A stretch of 64,000 nt of DNA from Schizochytrium sp. TIO01 (Eukaryota; Protista; Bigyra: Labyrinthulomycetes): NCBI GenBank assembly GCA_004764695.1, contig SMSO01000031.1:4130436-4194435 (forward strand). The letters run 5' to 3'. Below the pieces are notes generated by a model, which was given only the letters and a program-made list of their open reading frames with translations, searched no databases and was not told the DNA's origin. The number at the start of each line of letters is the position of its first letter. Positions within the stretch are counted from its first letter, which is position 1. Positions 59,021 to 64,000 of this stretch are shown in pieces. A program made the translations under genes and the position numbers.

Positions 59021-61596
59021 TCATGAAAGGTGGAGTTGGCGCTGCTGCATAATCAGTAATGCCTGTTGAGCATGCTCTTCACTCTGCTGCGCATTGTGCA
59101 GCTGCTGCATCAAAGACGGTGGAAGTTTTTTTGCCTGCTCAAGGAGGTTATGACGCAACTCAGCATCGGAAGCACGGCTTGCCTCACTGATCAACAAGCT
59201 TTGATAAATGTTAAAGTGCTGCTGGACGTTCACTTTCTGAACTTGAGCCTCGTGAATTTGCTTCAACAGGTGCTCCCGAAGTGCATGGTCGTCCATTCCA
59301 GATGCAATATTGCGAGCCAGCAAGGCTGCATTTGTGGAAAGAGCTGTCTGACTGTTGGAAATTGCATCGCTGCTGCCTTCACCTTGTGCAGGAGAATCAG
59401 AAGACGAGCTGGATATCAAATTAGTGACACCACCCTGAAGCAACGGGCCATCCGGGGCACTTTCATTTTTGCCCTTGTCATCGCTCTTTTTCTTCCTTTT
59501 CTTGCCTGGGCTAGCACCTTGATCTTCATCGCCTGCCTCGCCTGACTCGCCTGCCGCCGCAGCCTTGCTAGGCTTTCTACCTCTCTTGCCCTTTGGCTTG
59601 GGCTTGCTGGCCTCATCTTCTCCACTTCCAATGCTGTCATCATTCTTCGCACTTGCTTCTTCTTTAGAAGCTGCTTTTTTGCCCTTTGCAGAGGACGACT
59701 GGAGTTCCGTCTGCATTGACTCGCTTCCGTGGCCTTCCTCGAGGATTTCCCGTTCCCCGCTGGCGCTTAGGCTTAGGCTTGGCAGTATCAGTGGCAGTGT
59801 CCTCTCCATTTGCCTCGGCATCAGCGGCTGTTGGATCCTCATCCTTCTCGCCATCAGAAGAAGACTTTGTATTTAGGTGACCCTCCATAATTGAAACCGA
59901 CTTGGCCGCAGATTTTCGGCGTGACTTACCAGCTTCGCGCTTACCATCTGAAGACTTTCGCCTCTCCTTGGCTGGCGACTTGCTCGAACCCGAGGCACGT
60001 CCACCTAAAGATGAACGCTTATCGGAGGAAGTTCCTGCCAAAACATCTTTCATGCACGGTTCACAATGTGTAGCACGCTCGTTTTTACCCACAGTTGGCC
60101 TTTACATTCTTGCAACGCATGCACATGCGGTAGCCAAGCTCCATGCCGCTTTCCTTATGTTTAGCACAATAATCGCGGCGCCCATTGTGGCCATACGAAG
60201 CTGTCCTCGAGCAACTCACGTGCTTACAAAGACGTTTCGCCACTGTAACCATACCTGGCTTTCGGCAATTGTGGCAGTGTGTTTTATTCTTGTTGTTTGG
60301 CCAGCCATATGTTGGGGTGACTTTGTGACAGACTTTGCACAACGAAGGGGAAATTGTGCCCATTGTGACCGGTCGACAAGAGTTACAGTGGGTCTTAATC
60401 GTGCCATTACCGTATTGCGCAGTTTTGCAAGCCTCGCCTTCTCCGCGGAACAGCAAGTTGGCGCATCCGACGCATGCACGCTTCCACTCAGTCGAGGTTT
60501 TGCTTTGAGGTGTTTCAAAGCAATCTAGAGACGGGTTCCAACGAATGTAGTCAACCATAACATCAGCACTCTGGGGCCACCACGGACATTTTTCTTTTTC
60601 GTGCGGTGCCATTACCGGTTGAAGTTCCTTCCTCTCACGATACAGGTCGTATTTACACATGATCTCAAAGCCATGTATTTTCAAGAAGACACCCAGATCT
60701 CGCATGATCACGCGTGAATCGGGGACGTGTTTTTTCGAGGATGATGAGACTTTGCCATCTTCGTTTAGTGCTAAGACAACAAAGTATGGGTCATCTTCAG
60801 TACCCCAGAGGCTATCCTCGGCATTTTCTTGCCCAGTTAGGGCTTCATCATCTGCATCAGCAGGAAGACCATCGATACTGTTAGACCCATCAGCCCCAGG
60901 TTCTTCCTCATCATCTTCCTCCTCATCGCCAATATTCAGGTCTTCTTCCTCGCCTTCTTCCTCGTCGTCATCATCCTCAGCAGCGGAACGGACCTCAATC
61001 GGATCTTCTCCTTCTTCATCATCATCTTCCTCTTCATCGACGTCATCACCGTTCGCGTCAGATCTCTCTACTGCGCCCTTTTTGGTTGTAGACGATTTAC
61101 TCGTTCCGTTCGACGATACCTTCTTGCTAGACTTTTGTCCAACACTTTTACGGCCAGTACCCTTTCCTCCTGCACGTGAAAGTTTGGCGAGAGATGGCAC
61201 AGAATCATCTGTTTTGCCTACTGCCTTCTTCCCGTTGCCATTTTCCTTCTTGTTTGCCTTGGCCTTCGATTTAGCTCTCGGGCCAACTTTCTTCGTCTTG
61301 GACTCTTTTTCAGTAGTGTTCTTTGCGGACGAAGAACCGTCTTCCCCAGCGGAGTCCAAGTTTACATCTTTGCTGTCAGATTCCTCGGCATTCTTGTCCT
61401 CGGTCTTCATTTTAGTCATAGCCTTGGGTTTGCCCCTGGCTCTACCTGTGGCTTTCACTTTGTCCTCAGCTTTGCTTTCTTCAACGTCATCACCAGCCTT
61501 ACTATCTTCGTCCTTTTTGCTGTCATCGACATCCTTGTGCTCAGCCATGTTACCCTCGGCCTTGGCCTTGCCCTCCGTTTCCGCGTCAACACCCAT
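59021..61596 (-). CDS. Putative nuclear/chromatin protein: acidic N-terminus, Cys-rich EsV-1-7-like repeats, AT-hook and conserved C-terminal helical domain; split by two +1 frameshifts
   Basis: Three consecutive overlapping ORFs (61596-60085, 60092-59664, ~59700-59021). Repeats such as CKHVSCSRTASYGHNGRRDYCAKHKESGM continue across the first shift (CMRCKNVKANCG|KNERATHCEPC). PRGRPRK AT-hook. C-terminus paralogous to the 38664 ORF. Confidence 0.75.
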
Positions 61597-62483
61597 CGCA
61601 AATAGTCTTCCTAAGTTCACTCACTACACGGAAAGATCGAGCTTTACTTCAACAAAGACTTGGTACCTTTGAATGTCGTCCAACAGACGTAAGAATCGAA
61701 CTGTTTGCTTATTATAGCCTGTTGCTACAAAAATAGACTCTGCACAAAGACGCTATACGAACCTGATGCAAAATATAGCTTAATTCAGGCTTCACCAAAT
61801 CGTAGAACTCGACCCCGTTGAGGGATGACACAACAGTTTTTCTTTGCCAGAGGAGAGGACTTTGCGAATACGAATCAACGACGAATGGATGAGTGTATAC
61901 GCTACTGTTCGTGAATATTCGCGTAGATCTGTGTATATTAAAGTAGAACGTACTACGTCAAAATGTCCAAAGGGGTTTGAGGGTGCACAAATGAGCGGGC
62001 AGAGCTCTTGCTGTCGGAGCTTAGGCCTACCTTTGGATGCGTGCAAGGAAACCTTGCAGTAAGATGACGTGTATAATATAATGTCTTTTGAAAACCAAAA
62101 GGCCGCTAGCTTATTTGAGAGGGAAGGAGCTCAAGCTAGCAAGAGGCGGCCGAAGCGGCGAATGCCGGTGCTGCCTGAAGTTGGGGGCGGTCTCTCCGGA
62201 CTACAGCAGCCGGCGGGACCGCAGGATCCTCGAAGGAGCAGGCTCTCAGGCGCTCAGGCGACGCTGCCTGTGCCTGCTGCCTGCGGCCTGTCTTCGTTTG
62301 CTCTTTGTGGATTGCTTGCCTCATTCATTCACTCTTATTGATTCCTTCCTTCATTCATTCAATCATTCATTCAATAATTCATTCATTCGTCCATCATTGC
62401 CGATGTTTTACATATTATAGGTAAATAAATACCCTTCAGAGTCACATAGTAGGTACATAATAAACGAATAATAACGATAGATA

Positions 62484-62563
62484 ACAACAAACAAACAAAC
62501 AAACAAACAAACAAACAAACAAACAAACAAACAAACAAACAAACAAACAACAAACAAACAAAC
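62484..62563. repeat. (AAAC)n microsatellite; an oppositely oriented (TTTG)n tract lies at about 63088-63127
   Basis: Directly visible. Confidence 0.95.
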
Positions 62564-64000
62564 ACATATAATCGATCAACAAATCAGAATCCATATTCGA
62601 ACATCATGCAATGAGTCAAGTCATGGTCATGACTGGCAGCCTCACGTTGATCTTCAGATGCATAGAGCATGTGGGGATGGTGCAAAAGCCTCTCGGACGA
62701 CTTGTTAACGCGAGGTCTCGTTATTGATGTGGCTGTTGGCGCTGTTATCAACATTTCTGACTCTTTCTGTTTCCTCTCTTTCCGTAATCTCGGCCAAGTG
62801 GGTCCATTCCCCGCTTGCTTGAGGGTGCAAGTGGGTTTTACAGGATATGTAAGTGAGTTATACGGGAGCTGCAAGTGAGTTATACACGTCACAAGTCAGG
62901 TACAGGAGAGGGCTTATTGGAGTGGGAGCTGCTGGTTGCTTTCGTAACTATTGCAACTCCTAATAGTACTGGTAAGGACTGTTTTTTTTAATTCAGAAAA
63001 AGATAAACTTGTTTAGTTTAGGTCCTACTTAAGCACTTACTGTACCTAGCGGTATCTGTACCTAGCTTGATTACCATTCCTGTTGAATTGTTTGTTTGTT
63101 TGTTTGTTTGTTTGTTTGTTTGTTTGTTCGTTTCTCAACAGGTATGAATAATACGTGTTATCATTTGCCATTTTTACTATTCTGTGTATGTGCCTGGAAA
63201 TACACATCAAGACCGCTCATGGTGGATTGCGAAGTGGTATAGACAGTGCAAGGCTGGAGTGACTAGCCAAGGGGGTCTCGCTTTGCTCAATTTCGCGCCT
63301 TCTGGCCTTGAGAAGGGGGTTTTCGCCAAGCTGTTGGCGTCAGCACTAGTGGCCTATTATGACTTACAGCTAACAATATCTGTTATCGATTGTTTCTATA
63401 AGGTAGTTCGTGTCAGCGATGTGTGAATAGGAAATAAATATAGAAATATAGGCCTACAAATCAATATGCTCAATTATTGTTCACTTGCTTAGACGTTGCA
63501 CCTTTGCCGCTTCTTTGACTCGCCAGTAATCATATAGACTCGATGACCTTCCATTCCGCATTGGCAGATAGAGCACCTACATCTGACTTTTGATCTTGCG
63601 AGCATAAACCGAGCTTCTGGTTTAAAGCATTCTAGGTAATTCTCCTTGCATATTTTCTTACTAGTCGCAAGTCAAGGCTTATTAATGTTGTCGAACAGGG
63701 CTGATTGGAGCGAGGGATAGGGGTGGGAACTGCTTAAGATAAGGGCTTCGCCCAGCTGTTATAGGCAACCTCGTGGAGCGAAGTAGAGAATGAAGCTAGT
63801 AAAACACCAGAATCTTGAGGTGGCCAAGGCACGAGCATCAGCAGCACGTACTTGATTCAGGGTCACAATGCCCTTTTTCTATCTCTTTCTTTTAGTTAAG
63901 AAAGGTATAGGATAGGCCCATTCCGAATTCGCCATTCTACCATTCCATCCATGGTGCTGCTGCTGATAAGGAGATGCGTATCTTTTAGACTATATAATTC

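Noticed and set aside
1-64000. tRNA, rRNA, CRISPR arrays or an intact active transposase/nuclease
   Set aside because: None recognised by eye. All three IS607-Fanzor copies have stops, frameshifts and deletions.

Overview
Eukaryotic, intron-poor, microsatellite-rich protist DNA. The style is consistent with a thraustochytrid/labyrinthulomycete stramenopile (inference), and a BBOF1 homologue implies a flagellated stage. Bases 3.9-40.5 kb are gene-dense: SmD2, a cytochrome P450 with a PTS2-like N-terminus, CDC27/APC3, a multi-exon repeat protein, a SET methyltransferase, a membrane protein, a RING-CH ligase, coronin, a PICOT/GRX3-type glutaredoxin, an aldehyde dehydrogenase, BBOF1 and a Q-rich protein. 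An ~18 kb gene desert rich in simple sequence repeats (SSRs) follows, then a frameshifted Cys-repeat/AT-hook gene that shares an unrecognised C-terminal domain with the Q-rich gene. The main result is not visible as intact ORFs in the ORF track: three dispersed, internally deleted, decayed copies of one IS607-type element (about 37430-38330 minus, 52718-53387 plus, 55455-56649 plus). The element encoded a serine recombinase (TnpA) and a Fanzor2/TnpB-like RNA-guided nuclease. All copies share a left end and a right end carrying the putative omegaRNA scaffold, and together they rebuild most of the ancestral element. All alignments were made by eye.
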